Shown here one piece after another: positions 24,129-35,640 of a stretch of 64,000 bases of DNA. This DNA is from Callorhinchus milii (Eukaryota). The position numbers were made by a program, and so were the translations under genes. The notes under the pieces are model-generated. The model was not told where the DNA came from. It worked only from the letters and a program-made list of their open reading frames with translations, and ran no database searches. Within the stretch, counting starts at the first letter, position 1, and each line of letters begins with the position of its first letter. The stretch lies in contig NW_024704743.1 in the NCBI RefSeq assembly GCF_018977255.1, positions 12,154,001 through 12,218,000 of the forward strand, given 5' to 3'.

Positions 24129-26269
24129 GAATGCCAATAGGAGGAAATTGGGCATGGTTCCACTTTAGATATCTTGTACCAAGTATTCCCAGGTCAGGTA
24201 CTGAGCAGCCAAACATAGATTAAAACTCTCCACACCAACCACACAAATTAATCCCAACCGCAAAAGGCAGCGCACTCCTGTTGTACCAGAGCAAATTCTC
24301 AGGTCAGTCTCTCCACTCCTCACCCCTCCCACACACACATGTACACAAAGCCAATGTTAGTGCTCCAGTTTTCCTCTGAGGCCTGCTGGAAACTGACCGA
24401 TATCTTACAACCATCAGAAAGTGGAGACAGGATCTGTCAGTATGAGCGCTGTAGCTCATTGATTAGAGCACTGCGAAAGATCTGGGTTTGATTCCCGGGA
24501 GGGCGAAACCTTGGGCAAGTTTCCTTACTCCACATGCCTGGAGTAAGGAATTGAATAATCCCTCAAGAAAAAAAATTTGGTCACTCAATCCACAACTGAT
24601 TGTGGGACACTGCTGTGCGCAATTGGCTACCGAGTTTCACTTTCACCCACAAACATACAGTCAATTCACTTCACAGTATATTCCGTGAAGCTCTTTGAGC
24701 AATCCTGAAGACATGATAAGGCACTACAGCAACAACAAGATTACATTTGTATAGCGCCTTTCACGTCGGGAGGACGTCCCAAGGCACTATATCAAATGCA
24801 AGGATTATTTTTATTATATCACATGCAATAAGAATTATTATTATTATTGAACCCAGCCCAGACTGATAATAATAAATATAATGCTTGCATTTGACATAGC
24901 GCTTTTCACGTCTCTTAGATGTCTCAAAGTGCTTCACAGAATATATTGTGAAGTGAATTGACCAAATTTCTTTATATGGACGGATTATTACGCCCAGAAA
25001 GTGATCCGCCAATTGAACAATAACCGGATTTCCACTTACTGCTAGGTAAACAGAGGTGTGTGGAGTAAGGAAACTTGCCTAAGGTTTCGCTCCAACTGGG
25101 AATCAAACCTGGGTCCTCTCGCTTCTGAGGCCAGTGCTCTCATGACTACATTACGGGACTTCAAGTTCCGAAGGATGAAAAGCATGCAAACCAGCTCAAG
25201 CATTCACTTCCCCCAGCAAATATAATTTTATTAGTAGGACTGTGGGATCTTCTATGTGCAGCAACAAAACACCCAATAGTAAGTAATTCAGGTTTGAAGT
25301 TCTGAAGTTCATAAATTCCCATCTTGCCATTTATGATATTATCAGTATAATTAAATTGAATTACAGCCCTGAACTCAGTGCCAGCTATCCTTTATCCTAT
25401 ATGTAACGTGCCGATTCGTTAAAGTGCAAATCATCTATCACCAGATACATTGAGCTTCCACTGATCAATTACCCACTTTCTCAGTTAGGTTTCTTCCCAT
25501 CTCAACACCGCTAGAAGCAGTACCGTTACAATATGCATCATAAATAGCATTGTTGCTATGGTGACTGTTACCACAGCAACAATGCATGTTCTAGCCAGCA
25601 TCTCTGAATTCGTTGCACAGATCATTGCACCAATGGAATAAACTCTTTCCTAGCATCTACAAATGCTAGGAAATGAGAATTCCTCACTTTCTTACAATAT
25701 TTAAAGCCATCCACCTCATGCTACAATACCTCTTTGACTGAGTTTCAGTGCTGAAAAAGCTGCAGACAATTCTCCTCACACAGTTGTAACCAGCCATTTT
25801 TGTGGCTGATAAGGCACTCTGAATTATTTTTGTACGTATCTCTCTGTTCCACCAACTGTTCTGTTGAAAGTCCCCCACTTTATCTCCATATACTATCCAA
25901 TTATTCCAACAAAATAAGGGATGCTTCAATTTGCTTTGCTCCTTTGTTACTGCAAAAGACAATGGGATTGAGCAGGGCCAGAAAAAGACCATCGTCATCC
26001 AACTGACTCAAGTGAAAAAAAGACATATATTATTCAATCTCTCGTACCCTTCAATCAATTTCTTGGTCAATTATCCATTTTATTCTTTCTTGAAATTGCT
26101 AATCTGCCACCCTAGGTTGCTCATTCCACACATTCGTTGCTCTTTATGTAATATAATTCTTGCACCGTGCCTACGGTTCCCTCCCCCTTCTGCCTTGCCC
26201 GTGTCAAACTCCGTCTTTGTGAAACGGTTGGGGACATTATCCCTCTATCAGGGGATCTATACAAATACA

Positions 26270-27800
26270 ATACAAAATTACATTTGTATAGTGCCTTTCA
26301 CATCAGGAGGAAATCATGGATTTGGACAGAGCAGTTGGGGTAAGGGAGGGTGGCTGAAGGCATGGTCAAAGAGGAGGATCTTGAGATGTACCTTGAAGAA
26401 GGCAAGGGAGGGAGCGAGGTGAAGGGATGTGGGATGGAGTTCCAAAGGGTGGGGTCGGAGATGCTGAAGGCGCGACTACCGAAGATGGAGGGCCTTGAAG
26501 GCGAGGACAATGATTTTGAATGGGAGCCGGCGAGGGAGGGGGTAATGGGGTCATGGAGCCTGGTGCAGGAGAGGACACGGCTTCTAAACGATCTGCAGCT
26601 TGTGGAGGGAAGAGTTGGGAAGGCCGACAAGCAGGGAGTTGGCGTAGTTGAGCACAGATGTGATAAACGCGTGAATGAGGGTTTTGGCAGCCTGAGGGGT
26701 GAGGCGGTGGCGGAGTCGGGCAAAGTTGCAGAGGTGGGGGAAGGCAGAGCGGGTCATGGCACGGATGTGGGGGAGAAAGGATATTTAAGGGTCAAACAAG
26801 ACTCCAAGGTTCCGGAATTAGTAAGGTGGAGTTTGCATCCATGGATGGTGATGCTGTCAAGTGCCTGAGGTGTGGAGGCGCTTACTGGAGCCAATCCAGA
26901 GAACCTCGGTCTTGTTGACATTCAACTGTAGAACGTTAGCTCTCACCCAGGACTTGATGTCTGACAGACATTCTGTCAGGACAACAGTGGTCCTGAAGTC
27001 AAGGGTGGAAGCAGATAGAGTTGGGCATCATCCATACACATCTGTAAATTGACCCATGTCTGCGGATGACGTCACCAAGAGGCAGCAAGTACAGGTTGAA
27101 CAACAACACAACAAAATTACATTTGTATAGCGTCTTTCACATCGGGAGGACGTCCCAAGGTGCTGGACAGAGTACAGCATTTCAGACCCGAGCTGGGGCC
27201 AGGGGGTGAAGGGAGGGGAGGGGAAGGGGTTGGCCGATGGCGTGATCGAAGAGGAGGGTCTTGAAGCGGAACTTGAAGGAGGATAAGGAGGGGGCGAGGC
27301 GGAGTGACTGGGGGATGGAATTCCAGAGGCTGGGGGCAGAGTGGCTGAAGGTTCTCCCGCCAATAGTGGAGCGGGTGGGTCGGGGGACGTGGAGCAGGCC
27401 AGAGCCAATCAGAAGGATCTCAGTCTTGTTCACATTCAACTGTAGGAAAGTTCCCCTCATCCAGGACTTGATGTCCGACAGGCAGTCTGTCAGGACAGCA
27501 GTGGTCCTGGAATTGAGGGTGGAGGCAGATTGGGTACATCCGCATACATGTGGAAGTTGACCCCATGTCTGCGGATGATGTCACCAAGATATTAAATCTT
27601 GTAGATATTAAAGAGGAGAGGGCAAAGGACAGAGCCCTGGGGGACGCCAGACGTGACAGTGCGGGTGCTGGAGAAACTGTTAAGAGGCAACGAAGTGGAG
27701 ATGGTGAGAGAGATAGGAATCAAACCAGGCAAGGGCAGGTCCGCGAAGATTGAGTAAAGCGGAGAGGTGAAGAGGAGGACCAAGGACAGAGTTCTGCAAG
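26270..27800 (-). mobile_element. Cluster of nested L2 fragments
   Basis: Two L2 tails (about 26270 and 27100) and RT pieces (GVPQGSVLCPLLFNIY, FLQLNVNKTE). Confidence 0.85.
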
Positions 27801-27854
27801 TCATTATTGTAATGAAGTCTGCTCTCCTCTATGCTTGAGTCCTTGACGTTTTCT

Positions 27855-28430
27855 TTAGGAATGTAGGAAAAAGAGTAGCCATTGAGCCCCTCGAGCCTGC
27901 TCCACCATTTTATTAGATCATGGCTGATCTGTACCCTCAATTTCATTTACCCACCTGTACTCCATATCCCTTGATACCGTTAACTAACAAATATCTATCA
28001 CCCAGAGTCTTAAAATTTCAATTGTTCCAGCATCCACAGCCTTTTGTGTGATAAAATGATTCCTGATTTCAGTCCTAAATGGCCTAGCTCTGATTTTAAG
28101 ATTATGTCCCCTTGTTCCGGATTTCCCTACCAGAGGAAATAGTTTATCTGCAGCTACACTATCAAATCCCTTTATCATTTTAACAGCTCGATTAGAATCT
28201 CCCTCAACCTTCTGAGGTCTAAGGAATACAAGGCAAGTTTATGCAACCTAGCCTCATGATTTAACTCTTTCAACCCTGGTATCATTCTGGTGAAGCTGCA
28301 TTGTTCTGAGATGCAGTGCCCAAAATGACCACAGTACTCTAGATGGGACCTGTATAGCTGAATCATCGCTTTCTCGCTTTTGTGCTCCAACCCCCTTGAG
28401 ATAAAGGCCAAGTTTTCCTTCAGCATATTA
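27855..28430 (-). mobile_element. Older CR1 3' fragment of a different subfamily
   Basis: ORFs 28175-28426 and 27984-28178 (LYRSHLEYC, TRGHNLKI) with a CR1-type 3'UTR. Confidence 0.8.
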
Positions 28431-28549
28431 TTAGAGTTCAGTTTCTTTTATCTTTATCTTTTAGGATTTTGAATACTTCACTAATGAGAAGTACGAGTGG
28501 TTTGCAACATCTCTGAGATCGTAAAGACATCCCACATAATTGCTCGTAC

Positions 28550-28687
28550 CCCCAGCGTCCACTGTTGCGATCCCCCAGAGCCATGGCATTTCATGAGGCG
28601 TGGAGAGTCTGATGAACGCGTCTCCGACACATCCAAGCAGAGAAGGTTGGCCAGAATTAGCTCATGTTCTTCATCATAAATCCAAAT
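28550..28687 (-). CDS. GALNT11: GALNT11 coding exon 10 (ricin lectin, second repeat)
   Basis: [46 protein letters not shown]; acceptor atttacag; donor GTACGA; 138 nt. Confidence 0.96.
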
Positions 28688-28949
28688 CTGTAAATATTAA
28701 GAGCAATGAGAGAGAGCAAAGAACACATAGGACACTTTCTTTAGGGAGCTGCTCAATGTAGCAATTCGTTTGGAAGGCTTTGACATCTGAAATGCGAGAA
28801 CATTATAAGTGTGCATCATTAAATGGCACTAAACATAGTCACACTTAGCATCGTTCCCAATTAGCTCCAGTCAATTATAAGAAGAATTGCATTTGATGTT
28901 GCTGAAACATCTTAAAGCGCTTCACAGGATTTAGTGATTGTTTATTTCT

Positions 28950-29170
28950 GGCTGGTCCAACTGGCATCCCGTGGGATGATTTAATCCAGCCCGCCAAACA
29001 CTTCCAACTTCATGCCCAACGAGCAAATGCAAGTGACACACCGGAAATGGTCACCGGGTTCTCAGGCTCTGCCTGACAATGGGACTGGCCAATCAGGATA
29101 AAATAATGCTTATGTGACCCCTGAATGTTTCTCAAATCCAATATCCGGACCTCAGCAGCTAAAAGATTGA
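28950..29170 (-). mobile_element. Second, decayed copy of the hAT-like MITE
   Basis: The reverse complement matches 1635-1960 (ttttagctgctgaggtccgg...gattggccagtccc...ttggacc) with only one internal unit. Confidence 0.75.
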
Positions 29171-31525
29171 TGTATTTTATAGGTGCATTTATTTATTGAT
29201 GTATTTTTACGCCAGCCAAATTGTACATAGCAATGCCTCACAAGCAGTCATGAAGTGAATGAACAATTTTACCCTGGGAATTGTTGGCCAGAACACTGGG
29301 AGAAACACCCTTCTTTTTTCAAATTGTGCAAATGGATCCTTAAAAAGGTTGAACCCTTTAACGCTTCATCTTAAGGATGGCACCTTTGACAATACCATTT
29401 TCTTTCATTCAATTTCCTTATTTTTTTCTCTCCATACTTCTTAATTTTGCCCAAGCATCTGTCTCCCTCCGTCTTAAAGATCCAAATGGATGGCTCACAT
29501 AAAAGGTTTTAAAGTTATTAGCACTTGACTAAAAAAGATATCAGAGTAAAAATAAAAGGAACCCAAGGTAGGCAAATCTGAATTGATTCTGAAATATTCA
29601 TGAAGTCCTAAAATTCCACCTATTCTTAGACTATATCTGTCCTTTGGATGAGACATTAAAGCTGCCTGTTCACATGTGGATATTAAACATTACATGGGAC
29701 TATTCAAAAAGCATCTCTCTTCCCCGTCCTTTACCCCTCCTGATCCATCTTAGCTCGGGTCCAAATCCTTGACTGTCCAGATTATTTGGACGTGAAAGAG
29801 GCTATACAAATGTAATTTGTTGTTGCTGTTCCAGGCCAACAATCCCCCAGATAAAAATAGTCAGTCATTTTGTGGCTATTTGTGGGACGCTGCTGCTGCA
29901 TTTGCTACAAAATACACAGCCAGTAACTTTACAGTGAATCATGTGAAATGCTTTGAGACATAAAAGGCAAGGATTATTATTAATAATAATTCAGACCAAA
30001 TTGTTTTACAATTTAAGATCAGTCAAAACTTTAGAGAATCCTTACACTGACTCTGAATTTGAAAGTTTCTTTTTAAAAGAACTGTGGAAAACTGGCTTCT
30101 AAGTTAACATTGAATTTAAAAATGTGGACATTTCTGAACACTCGTAAATTTCAGGACAAAATGTTCCTACTCGCTAAGACTAGGTGCAATTTTGGGCCTG
30201 AGGAGTGAGAGAGAAACCCTGGGAATTGCTGTGAGGCAGTAAAACACATTCCACGGAGCCACATTTCTCTTCAATTCACAGTTGAAGCCAATAAACAGGC
30301 CTGCACTGGTCTCTCTGGCACTTTTCCCTGGTTCTTATTCAAGCAGCAATGGCAGGGAGTGTTTGTTCCAGTGTGAACAGTCATTTGAGGCACTGAGAGC
30401 TCAATCAAACTCTTACCATGAATCAATGCAGTGAAAGGTTGGTTCTACGCCCAGGAAAATGCTTTCAAGCAAGACAGCTTGAAAACACTGAAAACAAAAT
30501 TAAATTAGAAAAAAAAGGCCAGGTCCCTTGAGCCCTTCCAGCTGACCGTGTTCAATTTATTTCAGTCATGGACTCTTTCCTAATTCATGTTATTGATGAG
30601 AAACAATTGGGGAACATTCTGTGAAATCCTTCCCTGACCTGAAGGCAAAATCTCCAGAACATCAATCAGATATTATTGAACCCGAACCATTCTTCAGGTG
30701 ACAATTTTCCTTTCAGAAAAGGACTGAAACAATGGTGCTCTGTTCAGTACTTGTCCATACAGACCCCTACTTATCCCTATAACCTTCAGTCTTTCTGGCT
30801 ACTTAATTATGAAACAAATTTTTGTTTTGATCTGGCACTTGCGGAAATCCATCACCAGGCTTAAGAAATCGACACCAGACTGAGAATTCCAGCCATGCCA
30901 CCTACACATGGGAATCTGAGTAAGAATCCCTGTTCCCAGTGAAACTGTCTAGGATTGAATACTCACTCTCTCTCCCTCAAGGCACGCATTCTGCTTACCA
31001 AATTGTGGAGAATGTTAGGTGCAGGTTGGCGAGAGCTAAGGCTTGAGGACCCCAGAGTTTGTGTTAGGGTATACTGCTGGAATTGCTAAAACCAAATTGC
31101 TGACCAATCTACCTGTTGGGTTTTCACTAGCAGGATTAACAGGATGAGTGGGAAGAATTCATGCCCCCATTTTACGTCCTACTGATGAGCCAGGCTGGCT
31201 GGTCTGTTATTAGCAGTGCCCGCACTATCCAGACCCCCACAGAGTGTTGATTAGTCACTAGTTGGGCATTTGGCATGCGACATGTGCCGGTATGAGCCCT
31301 CACTAGACTGACTCAGGTGCTAGGACTCCTTGCGAACTTCCCATAGGCAACACAGCTCAGCTTGAAATGCGTGGAGCATTGCCAACATCTTCCTATCTGC
31401 AGCTCGGGATCACGTCCTTTCCCATTGAGTGATGGTTCCACCAATTAGAGGTGTAGAGCTTGAGCATCAGTTGCTTACCTTTCTGCACGCCAAGCAAGTT
31501 GGATTTGAAGCTCTGGATATATGAA

Positions 31526-31546
31526 TGTGTGTGTGTGTGTGTGTGT
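31526..31546. repeat. (TG)n microsatellite
   Basis: About 10 TG units. Other simple repeats: (TTTG)n at about 61540-61568 and an alternating purine-pyrimidine tract at 2529-2563. Confidence 0.9.
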
Positions 31547-32512
31547 TCATGATTCTGGAATGCAGGTAATGCGCACAAGTAGCTGTCGTCCCAAGCCTCA
31601 AGAGTTTTCTCATCAGCTGAATAACAGATATCTGCTGACAAGAGTAGTGAGAGGAGCTTTACAGGACAGCCTGTGATGTGCCAGCCACCTTAAGGTTGTC
31701 TAGATATGGATATTGCCTTCTGCTTATCCCTCGTCCTCTCTGTTCCACCATTGGCAGCCCTGCTTTCAGCCACTAAGCCACAAAACTCTGTCCCTCAATC
31801 CCTCCAGCTTACCTCCTCATTCCCCATTTTCAGATCACACCTGAAGCCCTTTGACGATGCCTAAGGTGACTCCCCTGGCTCAGGGTGAGGCTCCACTGAA
31901 CTTTCAAGTAACTATTCTACATATCCGACTTAGCTGCTGAAGCCGAGACTGCTGAATTAATTTGTCAGGTCTGTGATACCGGGGAGCTTATTAATGCATT
32001 GCAAATGAGAAAAATTGTGTTTTCTAAAAATGAAGATTTTTATTTGCTGAAACAAAATAATCGTATAATTCTTTTTTTTTATATAATGCATCTCCTATCA
32101 GGAGCAATTCACAGGATTTACTGTGGTCTAATGACTGTATTTTGTAGGTGAATGTGGCAGCAATGTTCCTCAAACAACCATGAAATGAATGAACAATTTT
32201 ATTTGGGAGATTTTTGGCCAGGACAACCAAGAGAAACTCCTTTTTCTTTTCAAATGGTGCCAAGGATTCTTTAAAGTCCACCTGAACAGGCAGTTAGGAC
32301 CTCAATTTAAACACCTCTTCCAAAGGGTGGCACTTCCGACAATGCAGCGCTCCCCCATCACTGCACTGGAATGTCAGTCTAGAAAATTACACTGACGTAT
32401 CAGGTGTCAGGGGTTTTAAGTGCTCGTGCAGCAAATTTTACCTCAGCTTCATCACAAAGAAAATACAGTGACCTAAGAGGATTGGGTAAATTTTTCAGAA
32501 CAAGAGGCTCAC

Positions 32513-32617
32513 CTGATCTGAGTCCGAGTAGTCACATTGTCTCACCACCACTATTCCTGCTTTCTGGCTCGGATGGTTCTGGGCAGCGAGACATTTACCT
32601 GTCTGTAGATGGCGTAG
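32513..32617 (-). CDS. GALNT11: GALNT11 coding exon 9 (ricin lectin, first repeat)
   Basis: LRHLQTGKCLAAQNHPSQKAGIVVVRQCDYSDSDQ; acceptor ccatctctacag; donor GTGAGC; 105 nt. Confidence 0.95.
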
Positions 32618-33529
32618 CTGTAGAGATGGGAAATCATGATTAATACCTCAATTAATATAATTTCCAATACCACATGACACAGAAAATTCAGAACATTTGC
32701 CCACAATGGAGTTACGTAGCTTAGTGGTCAGTGCACTCGCCTCACAACCGAGAGGACCCGGGTTTGATCCCTGGGCAGGGCGAAACCTTTGGTGAGTTTC
32801 CTTCCTCCACACACCTGTTTACCTAGCAGTACCCCAGTTGTTAGTCAATTGGCGGATCACTTTGCGGGGGTAATAATCCCTCAAAAACAAAAGATCACCC
32901 AATTCACGAATGTTGGTGCAATTAGCTGCTGAGATTTGCCCACAAAATATAGTTAATTCAATAAACAATACATGCAGTGAAGCGCTTTGATACGTCTCAA
33001 CGATGTGATAAGGCGTTATATCAAATGCAAGGATCATTATTATTATTACAATTCATTACAATACAATTCCCTAACCCTGCTCAAACTCTCAGTCCTTTTT
33101 TTTGGACAGTCAAAAAACATAATTTGATTCAAATCCAAAATTGGAGAAACTAGGACAAGACACCCACAAGAGCATAGATGGGCCAGCAAATTAAGACAAC
33201 ATCTTGCACTTATATAGTGACTGTCACATTCCACTCATATTTTAAGGCACTTCACGATACAAAGGGATCAAATAGCAGGATGGGAAGAAGAGGGAGTTTT
33301 AGGATGCTGCCCAAAGGCAAGGACAGAGAGATTAGTTGTTCCAGAAATTCCAGTATAACTACTGGTTGGGATATTGAGCTCATAGTCTAAGATTATACTC
33401 CTGGCCCTGAAACATAAAATCAAAGGCTAATATGTGACCTTGCTGTGGGTCATAAACGAGGTTCAATGGCACTTCAAGAAAGCATGAGTTTTCTACAGAA
33501 ATCTATTTATTTTGAGGATGGTAGGAAAA

Positions 33530-35640
33530 ATTACATTTGTATTGCACCTTTCATGTCAGGAGGATTTCCCAAGGTGCTGGATAATCAGGGATTTGGACCT
33601 GAGCAGGAGCGATGGGGTTGGTGTAACGGAGAGTGGAAGGTAGGGAGGGTAGGAAGGTGGCCAAAGGCATGGTTGAAGAGGAGGATCTTGAAACGTGCCT
33701 TGAAGGAGGCAAGGAAGGGAACGAGGTAAAGGGAATGTGAGATGGAGTTCCAAAGGGTGGGAGTGGAGAGGCTGAAGGCTCGACTGCCTATCATGGAGCG
33801 GGCCGGGCATGGGACATGCAGCAGGCCTGCGGAGCGGAGGTAGTAGACAGGTTGATAAGGGGTTAGCAGGTTGCAAAGATAGGAAAGGGCAAGGCAGCGA
33901 AGAGCATTTGAGGATGAGGATTTTTAACTCTATCCTCGGAGGGATGAGGAGCCAGTGGAGTCGGGTGAGGGTTGGGGTAATGGGGTTACGGAGTCTGGTT
34001 TGGGAGAGACCATGAGCTTCAGAGTTCTGGATGATCTGCAGCTTGTGGAGGGAAGAGTTGGGAAGGCCGACAAGCAGGGAGTTAGCATAGTCGAGCCTGG
34101 ATGTGATGAACGCGTGAATGAGGGTTTCGACGGCCTGAGGGGTGAGGCAGTGGTGGAGCGATGTTGCAGAGGTGGAGAAAGGCAGAGCAGGTCATGGCAT
34201 GGATGTGGGATAGAAAGGACAATTGAGGGTCAAACAAGACGCCAAGATTCCCGACTCGCTCAGTCAGGTGTGGTGCGTAACCCTGGATGTTGATGCTGCC
34301 AGTGCCTGTTATCTGTTATCCTATTACCTGTTATCACCTCTTTTTCAAGGCTCATCTCAAAACATACCTCTTTGACCGTGTTTTCGGTCAACTTTCCCCT
34401 CTCCACGCCCCCCCCACCAGCAATTACAAGTGCTTTGAGAGGTCCTCCAGACGTGAAAGAGGCTAAATAAATGTGTATTGTATTATTACAAAAGCCAGGT
34501 AATTTTGGTCAAGGTATCAAATTCCAAAGTCTTGTGGGTAGACGAACTACAACAACAACTTGCATTTATATACCGCCCTCACTCAGGGTAGTCCCAGAGT
34601 GCTTGACAGTGGAGGAGTGGGAGGTGACCGTAGGCACGATCGAATAGGAAGGTGTTCAGGCGCGACCTGAAAATGGGGAAGGTAGCGGCAAGGCGAAAGG
34701 ATAGAGAAAGAGTATTCCAGAATTTCGGGGTGCAGTGGTTGAAAGCGCGGCCACCAATGGTGGAACAGAGGGCACGAGGGATACGCCGAAGGCTGGAGCT
34801 AGTCAAGTGGAGGCAGCAGGTTGTGGGTTGGGGGGATAACAGGTTGGAGAGGTAGAGAGGTGCCAGGGCATGAAGGGATTTGAAAACGAGTGTGAGGATC
34901 TTGAAATCGACCCGTTCGGGAATGGGCAGCCAATAGAGCTTGGCTAGAACTGGTGTGATGGGGGTACGGAGTTTCGTACAGATGAGTATGTTGGCGGTGG
35001 AGTTTTCGATCAGTTGGATCCTGTGCATGGCGGAGCTGGGGAGACTGGGAAAGAGGGCATTTGAGAAGTTCAGTTGGGAGGTAACGAATGCATGGACGAG
35101 TGTTTCGGCTGCGTCCGCTGTGCGGAACCTAGTCTGCATCCAGGCTAAGGTATGGTCGGAGGTGGGTAATGTGGTGGAGGTGGAGGAAGAAGGACAGCTG
35201 TGAGTCGAACCTGACGCCGAGGTTGTGCACTGGTTCAGTAAGTCTGAGGGATAGGCCGGGGAGGTTGAGAAGATCAGAGCCACAGGATAGAAGGCGTTTA
35301 CGGGAGCCAGGTTGATTTGGGGTTAGCAGGTCACAGAGGTAGGAAGGGGCAAGGCCGTGGCGGGCCTTAAAGGCGAAGACGAGGATTTTGAACTCTATCC
35401 TCCTGGGGATGGGGAGCTAGTGGAGCCGCGCAAGGGTGATAGGGTCACGGAGGTTGGTGGGGAGAAGATACAAACTGCAGCGTTCTGAAATATCTGCAGC
35501 TTGTGGAGGGGAGAGTTGGGAAATCCGACAAGCAGGCAGTTGGCGCAGTTGAGCCTAGATGTAATGAATGCATGGATGAGGGTCTCGGCGACCTGAAGGA
35601 AGAGGCAGTGGCCGAGTGTTATGGAGGTGGGGCAAGGCAG
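33530..35640 (-). mobile_element. Tandem L2 fragments (33530-34310, 34549-35290, 35310-35640)
   Basis: ORF 34579-35283 (AAETLVHAFVTS...LYWLPIPERVDFKIL...TFLFDRAY) and related pieces with L2 tails. Confidence 0.87.

Noticed and set aside
25684..25998. 104-aa ORF as a nested gene
   Set aside because: No recognisable domain or convincing splice context; the length is compatible with chance.
31182..31225. Hammerhead ribozyme (CTGATGAG) in family X
   Set aside because: No GAAA follows the putative stem II; the motif instead pairs with a downstream tcatcagcag-like arm.
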